Virus record (IMG/VR): IMGVR_UViG_3300028888_000043
Location: 265,756-329,755 of that record
From: a virus
Lineage: Duplodnaviria; Heunggongvirae; Uroviricota; Caudoviricetes
Strand: one strand, 5' to 3'
Length of the DNA stretch: 64,000 nt
Shown here piece by piece: positions 1 to 10,222 of this stretch (position 1 is its first letter; each line of letters starts with the position of its first letter). Under the pieces are notes generated by a model that searched no databases, was not told where the DNA came from, and worked only from the letters and a program-made list of their open reading frames with translations. A program made the translations under genes and the position numbers.

Positions 1-1998
1 TTCTTGACAGTCTATACTGAATTGTCTGCTATCAGGCAGATGGTGAGTGGTAGTGAGGCCAGTGTTGAAATTATGGCAGCTATTGATAAAGATGGTCAAG
101 CGATTGCTGCTGCTATATTTGCAGAAGCAAACAAAGAAGGTTCAAAAATATTGTTGACTGCTGATCATGTTCAGATTGATGGAAAGAAACTGGGTTTAAC
201 AGCAGATGATATTCTTATTAGTTCAGAACACAGACTTGGTTTAATTGGAGGAACATTTACAGTTTCATCTGATAATTTTACAGTTGATACAGATGGTAAG
301 ATTTGGGCAACTGGAGCTGATTTGAGTGGTGACATAACAGCAAATAGTTTCAAGACATCAACAGGTATGACATTTATGAATTCTGATGGTGTTCTTCATG
401 CTTCAAATGCTGTGATTGATGGAGATATTACTGCAAAGAGATTCAATGCGGATTGGACTGGTGAAGTAAATGGTGATGGTGGTGTTACCGGTCATTTGAC
501 AAAAAATACCAGTATTGATGGCCAAAGTTTTAATATTGGTATAACAAATGGTACATTGACTACACCAAGTGGTACATATGATCCAACAGGCAACTCACTT
601 TATATTAAGTTGGCAGATGCTGTACCTAATCAGGGTAGTAATATGAATCCAGCATTTGGAAGTTATCTATATGGTGTTCCTGTATTGTGTATGATGTATA
701 ATGGAGTAGAATATATGATTTCTCCTGCTTCCTGGTTTAATCCTACTGGTAGTAGTGGTGATACTTCAAATATGAGATTTATAAAGAAGTATGATGCAGT
801 ACATTGTACATTTAATGGTATTGCAACAGAGTTAAGAAATTATTGTATTCAGTCAACACAAAATCTTGGTGATGGTGTTACATCTACTGTATATATTTTC
901 AGACCAGATGTATCAAAGGGAGGAAAGACATTTGTTACTATGGGTATAAACAATGGTAAACTTCTTACAGACATAGTTTATCAGTTTACAGTACTCAACT
1001 GGGGTACAGATGGAATGGGAAATAAAGCAACAATGCTTAATGGTGGTTCAAAACCATTGTTATCAAGTACAAATCCCATTAATGGTGTATATACTTTACA
1101 GAGTGCTGTTGGAACTGAAGGTACAAAATTTACCGGTAGTGGTGGTGTACAGACAGTTATTAATGAATCTAATAGAAATGAAATGATATCTTATTTACCA
1201 AAAATGAATAATTATTCTCTTGGTATAAGATTTAATATTTCTGAAAGTGGAAATGATACAAATGAACAATTGCCTACTACATATAGTATTGACAAGATTG
1301 GAAAATTAATGACTGATCTTTTAAAGTATAATGGTAATTTTAATGGTGTAAGTGGTTTGTGGAAAACAAATGCATTCAGAGTAACAGATTCTGGATCTGG
1401 TTCTGGATATAATCATTCATGCATAATAACAAGTGGAAATGCCTCATCTGGAAAAGATTTAGGAAGTAATTTACCATATGAGGGGAATTTAACAAATAAA
1501 GCGCATTTCTTTGATTTTGATGTTGATTATTATCCTGTTTGTACTATTGATACTTATGGAAAAAATCATTCCAATGGAACAAATTATGTGATAGGAAATT
1601 GTAAAATGAATATAATGTGTAAGTATCCTGAATATAGTACTAATAGGATAAAAGTAGGAGTTACTTATATTGATGCAATTGATTATACTGTTGGATATTT
1701 TGATAGTAATAATGTTTGGCATGCACCAAATGATGTTGAATTCTATGTTGATGAATTCTATTTGACTTTGGAATTCAGTTTTGTGTTGCAGTTCAATAAT
1801 GCATACACCAATTATAATCCTAATTCAGCGGAGACTTATCAGAAAATTGTTGAAAGGGTTGTTAAATTCCTGGAAGATTATCAATTCAGTGATATAAAGT
1901 CAAATTATAACAGTGATTTTGCTAATTATGTTAAATTGACTGGATATTTTACTGGTGATAATAACATTGTTGTGGAACTTGTCGATAACTTAAGATAA
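1..1998 (+). CDS. C-terminal part of a giant tail fibre / receptor-binding protein (5' end outside window)
   Basis: Open from the window start; G/N/S/T-rich; shares several blocks with the C-terminal part of 56517..64000 (IAAAIFAEAN, NSLYI, LCMMYNG, SNMRFI, YPVCTI). Confidence 0.7.
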   Translation, partial: FLTVYTELSAIRQMVSGSEASVEIMAAIDKDGQAIAAAIFAEANKEGSKILLTADHVQIDGKKLGLTADDILISSEHRLGLIGGTFTVSSDNFTVDTDGKIWATGADLSGDITANSFKTSTGMTFMNSDGVLHASNAVIDGDITAKRFNADWTGEVNGDGGVTGHLTKNTSIDGQSFNIGITNGTLTTPSGTYDPTGNSLYIKLADAVPNQGSNMNPAFGSYLYGVPVLCMMYNGVEYMISPASWFNPTGSSGDTSNMRFIKKYDAVHCTFNGIATELRNYCIQSTQNLGDGVTSTVYIFRPDVSKGGKTFVTMGINNGKLLTDIVYQFTVLNWGTDGMGNKATMLNGGSKPLLSSTNPINGVYTLQSAVGTEGTKFTGSGGVQTVINESNRNEMISYLPKMNNYSLGIRFNISESGNDTNEQLPTTYSIDKIGKLMTDLLKYNGNFNGVSGLWKTNAFRVTDSGSGSGYNHSCIITSGNASSGKDLGSNLPYEGNLTNKAHFFDFDVDYYPVCTIDTYGKNHSNGTNYVIGNCKMNIMCKYPEYSTNRIKVGVTYIDAIDYTVGYFDSNNVWHAPNDVEFYVDEFYLTLEFSFVLQFNNAYTNYNPNSAETYQKIVERVVKFLEDYQFSDIKSNYNSDFANYVKLTGYFTGDNNIVVELVDNLR

Positions 1999-2006
1999 TC
2001 CTGACT

Positions 2007-2014
2007 CATAAATA
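2007..2014 (+). promoter_or_regulatory. T4-type late promoter CATAAATA upstream of portal
   Basis: Matches T4 late consensus TATAAATA at 7/8; recurs before most structural genes. Confidence 0.7.
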
Positions 2015-2050
2015 TATAGAATAGTGTAATTTATTTAATACAGACTTTTT

Positions 2051-3775
2051 ATGGCTGGTTTTACAAATACAAATAGGAACAATTCAAGTAATCCCAATCC
2101 TGTAACCAGGATGCTGCGTCACTTGTCAAGTTTCGGAATGAACTATAAGGATGATGTCATCAAGAATGTCCGTTCCATGAACCTTGACTTGCAACAGCAG
2201 CAGTTACAGACCAATCCTGTCACTGGACAAGTGGGTTCAATCAATGATGAGAACATCCAGGTTCTTTTCGCCAGGATGTCTGCAACCGACCCCACCATAT
2301 CCAAGGGTTACTTCAATCTTTCTGAAGAGAATTATCAGAAGAAGAAGGAACAATTGAGGAAGTTTGCTCTTCAGGATGAGATCGAGGAGATACTTGATAT
2401 TGTATGTGAGGAGAGTATAGTGTTTGACGGTGCGAACAAATTCGCCAACATCAAGCTCAATTACAAGGCTGACCAGGCCATCCTGGATGAGTTCTCCGAG
2501 GAGTATAACAAGATTTACAATTATTTTGGATTCTATGATACTGTCCAGGCCACCGACTATTTCAGGAAGTGGTTGATTGATGGTTTCCTGGCATTTGAAA
2601 TTGTATATAATGAAGACCAGACTGAAATCATCGGTTTCGTTGAGTTGGATCCTGCCTGTCTTACCCCTGGAATAGACCCCAATACCAATGAGAAAATTTG
2701 GTTTGTGAACCAGAGGGTGGGTATCAATGGTCAGACTACCCAGGACCGTATCCTTTATGACTCACAGATTATCTATTTGTCCTATGCAAAGGCAGATACC
2801 GTTTCCAGGATTTCCTATGTGGAGAGACTTATTCGTTCATTCAATATTTTGAGGACTATGGAGGCAACCCGTATCATCTGGGCTGTCACTAATGCATCTT
2901 ACAAGACACAGTACATCATCCCTGTCGGTTCAGTCCAGTCACCGAGAGGTAGGCAGACACTGGCCCAGGCAATGGCGAATTATAAGGAGTTGGTTGATTT
3001 TGACTGGGATTCTGGTGAAATCAAGACCAATGGTCGTCCTATGTTACAGTTCTACAAGGACATCTTTATGGCATCCGAGGGTGGTGAGACTCCACAGATT
3101 CAGAACATTGGTAATGACGGTCCTGAAATCTCTGATACCGAGGCATTGAGATATTTCAGGGACAAACTCCGTCAGGCATCCAAGATTCCTTTCACCAGGT
3201 TTGAGAAGGAACAGGGTGAGGGTGCTTACACTATGAGTGCAGAGGGTATTGCCCGTGAGGAAATCAGGTTCAGTAAGTTTATTGGAAGGTTGAGGGCAAT
3301 CTTTGCTGAAATCCTCATCAAACCTACTTACTTGCAGATGTGTCTCAAGCACAAGAGTGTGATGTCTGATATGAATTTCAGGGTCAACCTTGGACTTGAC
3401 TACAACAAGGATTCGGTCTTTGAAGAGAATAAGGAGATTGAACTTCTCCAGAAGAAGGCTGATTTCATCTCATCCATTATGGGTTCTATCGTACAGACTG
3501 ATGATGAAGGAAATGAGACTCCATATTTTGACCTTGATTTTATGGTCCGTGAATATCTTGGTTTGAGTGATGAGAAACTGCAACTCAACCAGAGGTACAA
3601 GGATGAGAAGAAATTGAAGAAAGAAGGTTATAAACAGGAAGATATAGCGAAGATTCTTGATGGTGCTCCCAAGTCTGACTTTGAACCTGACAAGAAGAAA
3701 AAGAAGGAAAACGAGGAAAATGAGGAAGAAGGTGGAGGAAATGAGGGTGGACAAAACCCTCTGGCAGGACTTTAA
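2051..3775 (+). CDS. T4 gp20-like portal protein
   Basis: 574 aa; FRKWLIDG, DP, SYVERLIRSFNILRTME, ASKIPFTRF and IAREEIRFSKFIGRLR blocks typical of gp20; precedes protease and capsid. Confidence 0.9.
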   Translation: MAGFTNTNRNNSSNPNPVTRMLRHLSSFGMNYKDDVIKNVRSMNLDLQQQQLQTNPVTGQVGSINDENIQVLFARMSATDPTISKGYFNLSEENYQKKKEQLRKFALQDEIEEILDIVCEESIVFDGANKFANIKLNYKADQAILDEFSEEYNKIYNYFGFYDTVQATDYFRKWLIDGFLAFEIVYNEDQTEIIGFVELDPACLTPGIDPNTNEKIWFVNQRVGINGQTTQDRILYDSQIIYLSYAKADTVSRISYVERLIRSFNILRTMEATRIIWAVTNASYKTQYIIPVGSVQSPRGRQTLAQAMANYKELVDFDWDSGEIKTNGRPMLQFYKDIFMASEGGETPQIQNIGNDGPEISDTEALRYFRDKLRQASKIPFTRFEKEQGEGAYTMSAEGIAREEIRFSKFIGRLRAIFAEILIKPTYLQMCLKHKSVMSDMNFRVNLGLDYNKDSVFEENKEIELLQKKADFISSIMGSIVQTDDEGNETPYFDLDFMVREYLGLSDEKLQLNQRYKDEKKLKKEGYKQEDIAKILDGAPKSDFEPDKKKKKENEENEEEGGGNEGGQNPLAGL

Positions 3776-3796
3776 AAAATAACCAAAAAGATTTTT

Positions 3797-3815
3797 CATA
3801 AATACCATATAAATA
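3797..3815 (+). promoter_or_regulatory. Tandem late promoters CATAAATA / TATAAATA
   Basis: 3797-3804 and 3808-3815, just upstream of the protease ATG. Confidence 0.7.
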
Positions 3816-3836
3816 TACAAGAAAATTCATTATAAA

Positions 3837-5816
3837 ATGAAAGAGAAGAAACTATTGATAGTAGAACGTTCTAATGCTCCGCTTAATTATCAGGTAGAGC
3901 AGGCTCTTAATGAGAATAATGAGCACAGCGATTCTATTGTATTAACTGGACTTTTCACATCATTCAATACGAAAAACAGAAACGGTAGAATCTATGAGTC
4001 TGCTGATTTCCTCCCACATGTCGAGGCATTGAGGGAACAGATTGAGAGTAAGAGGCTTCTTGGTGAACTTGATCATCCACATGGATTTGAGATTTCATTG
4101 GGTAATGTTTCTCATGTTGTCGAAAGTCTTGAATTTGACCCACAGCAGAATGCCATTGTTGGTAAGATTAGACTGTTGAATACAACTGCCGGTAAGGAAG
4201 CACAGGCACTTGTGAGGGATGGTATTCCTTTGAATATCTCATCCAGGGCAGCAGGTACAGTTGACGAGTCCGGACATGTGAAGTTACAGCAGCTCTTCAC
4301 CTATGACCTTGTTGCAGACCCAGGTTTTGCAAATGCACAGTTGAAGAGGGTCAATGAGTCCTATGGATTCGGTGATGACGAGAATATTGACATCTATGAC
4401 ATCACAGAGGATGCCAACACAGATTTGGATCCACATGTCACCAAGACCGCTGATTATGCAGAGCCACAGGCAGAGAAGAATTCCGACACATTGAACACTG
4501 ATTCCAATGCAAACAGTGAGTTCATCCAGTATTCTGATTTCCAGAAGTACAGTGAGCATCTTTCAGAGATTGTCGGTGAAATCCAGTCTGCTATCTCCAA
4601 CATCAAGGATGAGTTGTCAGGTATGAGAGAGAAGGGTGACACCCCTACCGAGAAATTTGATGCCGAGAAGATTGACAACACCTTAATCCAGGATCTCATC
4701 TCCAAGGAAGTTGAGAAGAGGTTCACTGGTGATGGTGCTGCTGTTGTAGGTAAAGCAGAGGCAGCCGCACCTACTGATGAGCAGAAGGTTGCTGACCTTG
4801 AAGCAAAGTTGGCTGCTCTTGAAGAGTCTTACAACAATCTCAAGGGTTATACCAAGTATCTCGCAGAGACTCTTGACAAGTCCATCACCCATCAGGATTA
4901 CATTGCTGACGAGGCAAACAAGATGATTGAACACAACAATTATCTTGCTGAAAATATGAACAAGATTATTGGTCACAATGACTATCTGGCTGAGAAGATG
5001 AATCAGATGATTGCTCATCAGGATTATCTTGCAGAGAACATCAATGACACTATTTCTTATCAGAACTATGTGGCGGAGATGCTTGACAAGTCCATTGATT
5101 ATTCCAATATGCTTGCAGAAGAGCAGAACAAGTCTATTGCTCACAACAACTATCTCGCTGAAAAGATGAATCAGATCATTGACCACCAGGATTACATTGT
5201 TGAGGAAATCAACAAGGGTGAGGGTAACATTGTCAATGAGAAGAAGGATGAGACAGCAGAAGAGGTCAAGACAGAGGAGACCAAGGTTGAGGAGACACCT
5301 GTAAATGAGAATGTCAATACAGAGGTTGTCGAAGAGACCAAGGTTGAAGAGACTGTTGAAGAGACTGTTGAAGAACCAGAAGAGAAGTTTGATGCAAAGG
5401 CATACAGGACCGCCCTTACAGAGAAACTTGATGCCATCCTTGCCGCAGCAAAGGCACAGTATGAAGAGGCCAAGAAACTGGAAGAGGAAGCAGTCAATGA
5501 GTCAAAGAAGAATGTTGACACAAAGAACTTCAACCTCATCAACTATATGCCTGCAAGACTCAATGAGAAGTGGTCAAAACTTTCAGATGAGAGAAAGCAG
5601 GAGATTCTGGCAGAGGCAAGCATGTTTGTGATTAACAACCAGGCAAGTGCAGAGTATTTCTGGAGTACACGTGATTTCAGGGACAAGCAGATTGAATTAC
5701 AGAAGGTAGAGGAATCTGTTGTTGCACAACCAACCGCTGTTAAGGAAAATGTAGTTTCCGATGAAAGACTTCAGGCAATGAAGGAACAAATTCAGAGGAG
5801 AATGAGAAGATGGTAA
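3837..5816 (+). CDS. T4 gp21-like prohead protease fused to a long coiled-coil scaffold-like region
   Basis: NRNGRIY, LGELDHP, VSH, ISSRAAG and TYDLVADPGF protease motifs in the N-terminal ~170 aa; acidic coiled-coil C-terminus. Confidence 0.88.
   Translation: MKEKKLLIVERSNAPLNYQVEQALNENNEHSDSIVLTGLFTSFNTKNRNGRIYESADFLPHVEALREQIESKRLLGELDHPHGFEISLGNVSHVVESLEFDPQQNAIVGKIRLLNTTAGKEAQALVRDGIPLNISSRAAGTVDESGHVKLQQLFTYDLVADPGFANAQLKRVNESYGFGDDENIDIYDITEDANTDLDPHVTKTADYAEPQAEKNSDTLNTDSNANSEFIQYSDFQKYSEHLSEIVGEIQSAISNIKDELSGMREKGDTPTEKFDAEKIDNTLIQDLISKEVEKRFTGDGAAVVGKAEAAAPTDEQKVADLEAKLAALEESYNNLKGYTKYLAETLDKSITHQDYIADEANKMIEHNNYLAENMNKIIGHNDYLAEKMNQMIAHQDYLAENINDTISYQNYVAEMLDKSIDYSNMLAEEQNKSIAHNNYLAEKMNQIIDHQDYIVEEINKGEGNIVNEKKDETAEEVKTEETKVEETPVNENVNTEVVEETKVEETVEETVEEPEEKFDAKAYRTALTEKLDAILAAAKAQYEEAKKLEEEAVNESKKNVDTKNFNLINYMPARLNEKWSKLSDERKQEILAEASMFVINNQASAEYFWSTRDFRDKQIELQKVEESVVAQPTAVKENVVSDERLQAMKEQIQRRMRRW
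4857..5210 (+). repeat. 14-aa (42-bp) tandem repeat in scaffold region
   Basis: About 8 units of Y(L/I)AE..N..I.H(Q/N)(D/N). Confidence 0.85.
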
Positions 5817-5829
5817 TTCCCAACTGATT

Positions 5830-5862
5830 TGCACCGGATGGGAAACTATCCGGTGCATTTTT
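5830..5862 (+). terminator. Intrinsic terminator
   Basis: TGCACCGGAT...ATCCGGTGCA stem followed by T run after the protease stop. Confidence 0.75.
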
Positions 5863-5889
5863 AATACAAACAAAACCAAACATGAAAAC

Positions 5890-6381
5890 ATGTCAGAAAT
5901 ACTTACATATGTGATAACCAGTGCAATAACATTCCTGACAACCGGTGGTCTCGCAAGTATTATCTTTTTCAAACAACATAAGAAACTAAAAGAATCCGAG
6001 GTCAAGGCTGCCGAAGTTGACATCAAGTCACATGAGGTTGAGGTGAAATCACAGGAGATTAACAACCTTTCGGCTTCCAATGAAGAATGGATAAAACTAT
6101 ACCATAACTGTGTTGAAGAAAAGACCAAACTGGAAGAGGCACTTGCCAATATGACCGACAAACTGGATGAGGTTTACAGGTCAAAGGATATTGCCTGGGA
6201 CAGATACAGTGACAGTAGGGCAGAGTGCAACAAGAAGGATATGGTCATAGCTGAACTCAATTGGTACAGGTGTGAAGTAAATGGATGCCCTTACAGGCGT
6301 CCTCCAAGAAAGTTCGGAGAGATGGACTTCCCCAAGGATGCAATTGACCCGAATGAACATCCAGATCCAAACTATATTTAA
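5890..6381 (+). CDS. Membrane-anchored coiled-coil protein (holin-like candidate)
   Basis: N-terminal hydrophobic helix, coiled coil, C-terminal CxxxxCxxRxPP. Confidence 0.45.
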   Translation: MSEILTYVITSAITFLTTGGLASIIFFKQHKKLKESEVKAAEVDIKSHEVEVKSQEINNLSASNEEWIKLYHNCVEEKTKLEEALANMTDKLDEVYRSKDIAWDRYSDSRAECNKKDMVIAELNWYRCEVNGCPYRRPPRKFGEMDFPKDAIDPNEHPDPNYI

Positions 6382-6384
6382 GAT

Positions 6385-7173
6385 ATGATTTACATAAATG
6401 ATTTGAATTTACATAGTACATTTGAAGTTCCAGCAGGTAAAACTGATGAATCATTTGTCAATCTTTGTGAGGATGAAAATCATTTACATTATGTAAAGGA
6501 TATTGATAGTGAAGATACCAATACATATGAATTTGTTGATTTAGGACTTCCTTCTGGTAATTTATGGGCAGCAAAGAATGTAGGCGCTGTATCATCTGAA
6601 TTGGATGGGTGGTGGTTTTCCTGGGGTGAAACAGCGGAACAGCAGCCTCCTACTGGTAAGACAAATAATGTATATACCAAAACAAAGTACTTTGATAAGT
6701 CTGGATTGATATATGGTAACAGTGGAAAGTTCAAATTGGAACATGAACATGATGCTGCCAGGGTTAACTGTGGAGGATTATGGGAAATGCCTACTGCTGA
6801 AGACTTTGAGGAACTGATTGCATATACCACATCATCCAATAAGATTTTGAACAGTGATAATGGATATTATAGGACTTATACATCCACTGTGAATGGTAAT
6901 ACTATTAATTTTCCTTGTTCTGACTTCAAATATGACAGTATATATAAATACCATAGTAATAGTCCTTCATCCTGTGATATTATCTTGTTGACTTGTCAAA
7001 TAGATGGTTCACAGCCAGGAGCAAGCAATAACTATCCTTATGCATTCAGATTTGTACATTCGGATTCTCTTGGTAGAATTATAAAGAATACCAGTACAGA
7101 AAGATGGGATGGTATCAATGTGAGGGGTATTATACATAGAGTAAATACAAAGTCATTATTAAGAATAAGATAA
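6385..7173 (+). CDS. VDLGLPSG-family protein (Fib_succ_major / C-type-lectin-like fold)
   Basis: FVDLGLPSGNLWAAKNVGA, FSWGE, DAA, WEMPT, C-terminal G.NVR. Confidence 0.75.
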   Translation: MIYINDLNLHSTFEVPAGKTDESFVNLCEDENHLHYVKDIDSEDTNTYEFVDLGLPSGNLWAAKNVGAVSSELDGWWFSWGETAEQQPPTGKTNNVYTKTKYFDKSGLIYGNSGKFKLEHEHDAARVNCGGLWEMPTAEDFEELIAYTTSSNKILNSDNGYYRTYTSTVNGNTINFPCSDFKYDSIYKYHSNSPSSCDIILLTCQIDGSQPGASNNYPYAFRFVHSDSLGRIIKNTSTERWDGINVRGIIHRVNTKSLLRIR

Positions 7174-7191
7174 AAAACAACACATAACAAA

Positions 7192-7338
7192 ATGAAATAC
7201 ATTAAGTTATTTGCTACAGTTAATGATGCTACTGCTTGGAGAGATGGTTCAGACCATATATTACCCAATGTATGCTTATGTATTGATCCCCAAGATGGAT
7301 TTTTTATATACAATTATCAATTTTGGGCAATAGCTTAA
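7192..7338 (+). CDS. 48-aa small protein MKYIKLF...PNVCLC (not in ORF track)
   Basis: ATG after an A-rich leader; resembles the N-termini of 17688..18332, 29945, 30370 and 31455 proteins. Confidence 0.6.
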   Translation: MKYIKLFATVNDATAWRDGSDHILPNVCLCIDPQDGFFIYNYQFWAIA

Positions 7339-7356
7339 AATTCAAAATTGAATTTA

Positions 7357-7364
7357 CATAAATA
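7357..7364 (+). promoter_or_regulatory. Late promoter of major capsid gene
   Basis: CATAAATA in the intergenic region before the MCP. Confidence 0.7.
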
Positions 7365-7451
7365 ATTATAACAAATGAAAACTACTAATGTTAATAGAAG
7401 CAGAGAACATTAGTTGATTCAATAAATAAAATAAAAAATAAAATTAAAACT

Positions 7452-9188
7452 ATGTTACAGAATGTTATTTTGAACGAGGCTGAGGTTTTGAAAACTTGGT
7501 CAGGTTTTATTACTGAGTCAACTGGCGTTACTGATCGTGCTAAATTGACTTGGATGAGTAAGTACTGCGCTTATCATGATATGAATGAGAAGCAGGCTCT
7601 CAATGAGAGTGCTCTTGGATATGCACATCTCAATCCTAATATGAATGTTGGTGGTATGGGCGCTGCCTACTTCCCAGGAGCAAATCCTAACAATGGTTAT
7701 GATGGTGTTCGTGGTTCAGGTGATAACCCATTCTCACTCCTTCCTCTTGCTGTTCAGGTCGCTGCACAGACTATCGCTCTTGACCTTGTTCCAGTAGTTC
7801 CTATGCAGGGACCTCTCGGAATCCTCCAGTACATGGACTATGTATACGAAGGTGGTAAGACCAATTTCCGTCCTCGTTTCGAGGGTGCAGACGAGTCAAA
7901 GACTGCTCCTCTTATGGTTAAGTTGACCCTTTCAACAGGTGATGCTAACTCTGATAGCGACATTGAGAATGCTCTCAAGTCAGATGCAGCTCTTGTAAAT
8001 GAAGATGCTATCAACCACGCACTCCGTTTCAAGGATCTCAAAGAGGCTTTCGTTCCTCATATGGATGCTATCAAGATTGGTGATTTCGAGCTCCTCTTTG
8101 TTGCTCTTGGCCGTATCGATGGTCGTCCTATCTTCCAGGTTAAGGAGAAGGCTTATCATGGTGGTATTATGAACGGTGGTGAGGGTGCTGCTGCTTCCCT
8201 CGCAGAGACTCTTCTTGTTGACGAGCCTGTTATCACTGGTGCTAATGGCGCACAGTTCTATGTTGTTGACATTGACACTGTAAAGGCACTTGAGGACTTC
8301 ATCCCTGGTTTCAGTGGTGTTGGTTTCAAGAATGGTGACCCTATGTCAGCAAAGGCTTATGACAGAGAGACTGGTGAATCCACTCCTTCAAACATCATGT
8401 CACTCAACACCTTCACCCTCAGTGTGAAGGCTAAGACCATCCAGGTCAAGGGTGCTATCACCCGTGAGCAGATCCAGGACCTCAAGGCCTACGGTATCGA
8501 CGCTGTTGCACAGGTCGAGGCTGAGCTTGTCAATGAGTTGACACAGCACATCAACCGTGAGCTCCTTGATGAAATCTTCGCTCTTGGTGATCAGAACCAT
8601 GTTGAGGCAGAGGCATTCGAGGGTATCAACCTCAATACTTACTTTGTTGTTGATCCTGCTGCTGCTGACATCGAAGGTTATGTTAAGTCTTATGTTGGTG
8701 GTGGTGCTGAGACTCTTGGTACCATCCAGAGGAGAATCATGTCTAAGATTCTTGCAGCTTCCAACCTCATCGCTCAGAGAGGTCGTAGAGGTGCTGGTAC
8801 CTTCGCTGTTTGCTCAGCCGCTATCGCTACCGCTCTCCAGGATTGCGCTGGTTTCGTAGCATATCCTCTTTCAAATACCATCAACCAGAACGCTGGTAGC
8901 CTCTATCCAGTAGGTGCTATTTCAGGTGTTTCTATCTATGTTGATCCTAACATGCCTTGGGCTTCAACAAAGGTTGTTGTTGGTAGGAAGGGTAAGGACA
9001 ATGAGCCTGGTCTCGTATTCATGCCTTACTTGATGGCTGACAAGCTCTCATATCCAGCAGAGGGTATGGAAGGTGCTCCTGTTACTTCTTTGAAGTCACG
9101 TTATGCAATCGTCCGTGCAGGTCATCATCCTCAGCTTTACTACTACTCATTCGACATCAAGCTTGGTGAAGGTGTTAGCCTCTACTAA
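7452..9188 (+). CDS. T4 gp23-like major capsid protein
   Basis: DLVPVVPMQGP, TREQIQDLKAYGIDA, GRRGAG, FMPY and KSRY motifs; strong high-expression codon bias. Confidence 0.93.
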   Translation: MLQNVILNEAEVLKTWSGFITESTGVTDRAKLTWMSKYCAYHDMNEKQALNESALGYAHLNPNMNVGGMGAAYFPGANPNNGYDGVRGSGDNPFSLLPLAVQVAAQTIALDLVPVVPMQGPLGILQYMDYVYEGGKTNFRPRFEGADESKTAPLMVKLTLSTGDANSDSDIENALKSDAALVNEDAINHALRFKDLKEAFVPHMDAIKIGDFELLFVALGRIDGRPIFQVKEKAYHGGIMNGGEGAAASLAETLLVDEPVITGANGAQFYVVDIDTVKALEDFIPGFSGVGFKNGDPMSAKAYDRETGESTPSNIMSLNTFTLSVKAKTIQVKGAITREQIQDLKAYGIDAVAQVEAELVNELTQHINRELLDEIFALGDQNHVEAEAFEGINLNTYFVVDPAAADIEGYVKSYVGGGAETLGTIQRRIMSKILAASNLIAQRGRRGAGTFAVCSAAIATALQDCAGFVAYPLSNTINQNAGSLYPVGAISGVSIYVDPNMPWASTKVVVGRKGKDNEPGLVFMPYLMADKLSYPAEGMEGAPVTSLKSRYAIVRAGHHPQLYYYSFDIKLGEGVSLY

Positions 9189-9214
9189 TTTTTGAGTAAA
9201 AGTAGTAAAAAAAT

Positions 9215-9255
9215 AGAGAGAATCCTTCGGGGTTCTCTCTTTTTTTGTTATATTT
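9215..9255 (+). terminator. cUUCGg terminator whose T tract runs into a TTTGTTATATTT promoter motif
   Basis: AGAGAGAATCC-TTCG-GGGTTCTCTCT-TTTTTT; motif at 9244-9255. Confidence 0.85.
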
Positions 9256-9278
9256 GAAGTGTATAATAAGTTATATAT

Positions 9279-9446
9279 ATGAGCAAACAGGAAATAAACA
9301 TTGGAGACCTGGTGTCACTACCTATGTATATGGATGACCTGACCTATGTGGTTGAAGACATCAGAATGGATGATGATGGTGTTACAAGACTCTATAAGCT
9401 GGATGATACTATCTGGTATGAAGAGAAGTATCTGATGAAACAATAA
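9279..9446 (+). CDS. Small hypothetical protein (55 aa, not in ORF track)
   Basis: ATG downstream of promoter motif; MSKQEINIGDLVSL... Confidence 0.6.
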   Translation: MSKQEINIGDLVSLPMYMDDLTYVVEDIRMDDDGVTRLYKLDDTIWYEEKYLMKQ

Positions 9447-9458
9447 GATGAAATAGTT

Positions 9459-10220
9459 ATGAGCAAACCAATTGTATTTTTTGATTTGGAGACTACCGGT
9501 AAGTCACAGAATCCAGATGATGTCAGAATTATTGAGATTTCTGCTGTTAAGGTGAAACCGGAGAATCTTGAAATTATTGACAAGTTATATTTCAAGTGTA
9601 ACAATGATGGTGTTCCCATTCAGCCAGATGCAACAGAAAGACATGGTATGGTTGAGGCAGACTTGGTTGGATTCCCTCCATTCAGGGATGTTGCCAAGAA
9701 ATCATTTGAATTCTTTGATGGATGTGATGTAGGTGGTTATTACTGTACAGTATTTGACATTCCTATCCTGTATTACTCTTTTATCAGATCTGGTATCACT
9801 TGGAACTATAAGGTTGTCAATAACTATGACATCTATACCCTTTACAGGAAGTATAATTCTGGTAAGTTAGGTGATGTGTACAAGAAATTTACAGGAAAAG
9901 ACCTGAATGATGCCCACCATGCCACTGCTGATATTGAGGCGACATTGGAGATTTACAGGATCATGAGGGAAAGGGATGAAGAATTTGAGGCAGCAGACCT
10001 CAACACATTCTCTGAAAATCTGGATATGCCAGGGAACTTCAAGATTAGAATCCTGGAATCTGGTGCGAAGGAGATTTATGTGGACTTTGGAAAGTGGAAG
10101 GGTTCAAATATAGACAAGGTTGACAAGTCCTATTTCAAATGGATGATGGACAATGAGACTTTCCCTGTTGACACCAGGCACTATGCCAAAATGATTTATG
10201 AACGGAAGGAGAAGAAATAA
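9459..10220 (+). CDS. DEDDh 3'-5' exonuclease (DnaQ/epsilon-like)
   Basis: FFDLETTG, FD, HHATAD motifs and C-terminal FGKWKG domain. Confidence 0.88.
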   Translation: MSKPIVFFDLETTGKSQNPDDVRIIEISAVKVKPENLEIIDKLYFKCNNDGVPIQPDATERHGMVEADLVGFPPFRDVAKKSFEFFDGCDVGGYYCTVFDIPILYYSFIRSGITWNYKVVNNYDIYTLYRKYNSGKLGDVYKKFTGKDLNDAHHATADIEATLEIYRIMRERDEEFEAADLNTFSENLDMPGNFKIRILESGAKEIYVDFGKWKGSNIDKVDKSYFKWMMDNETFPVDTRHYAKMIYERKEKK

Positions 10221-10222
10221 AT

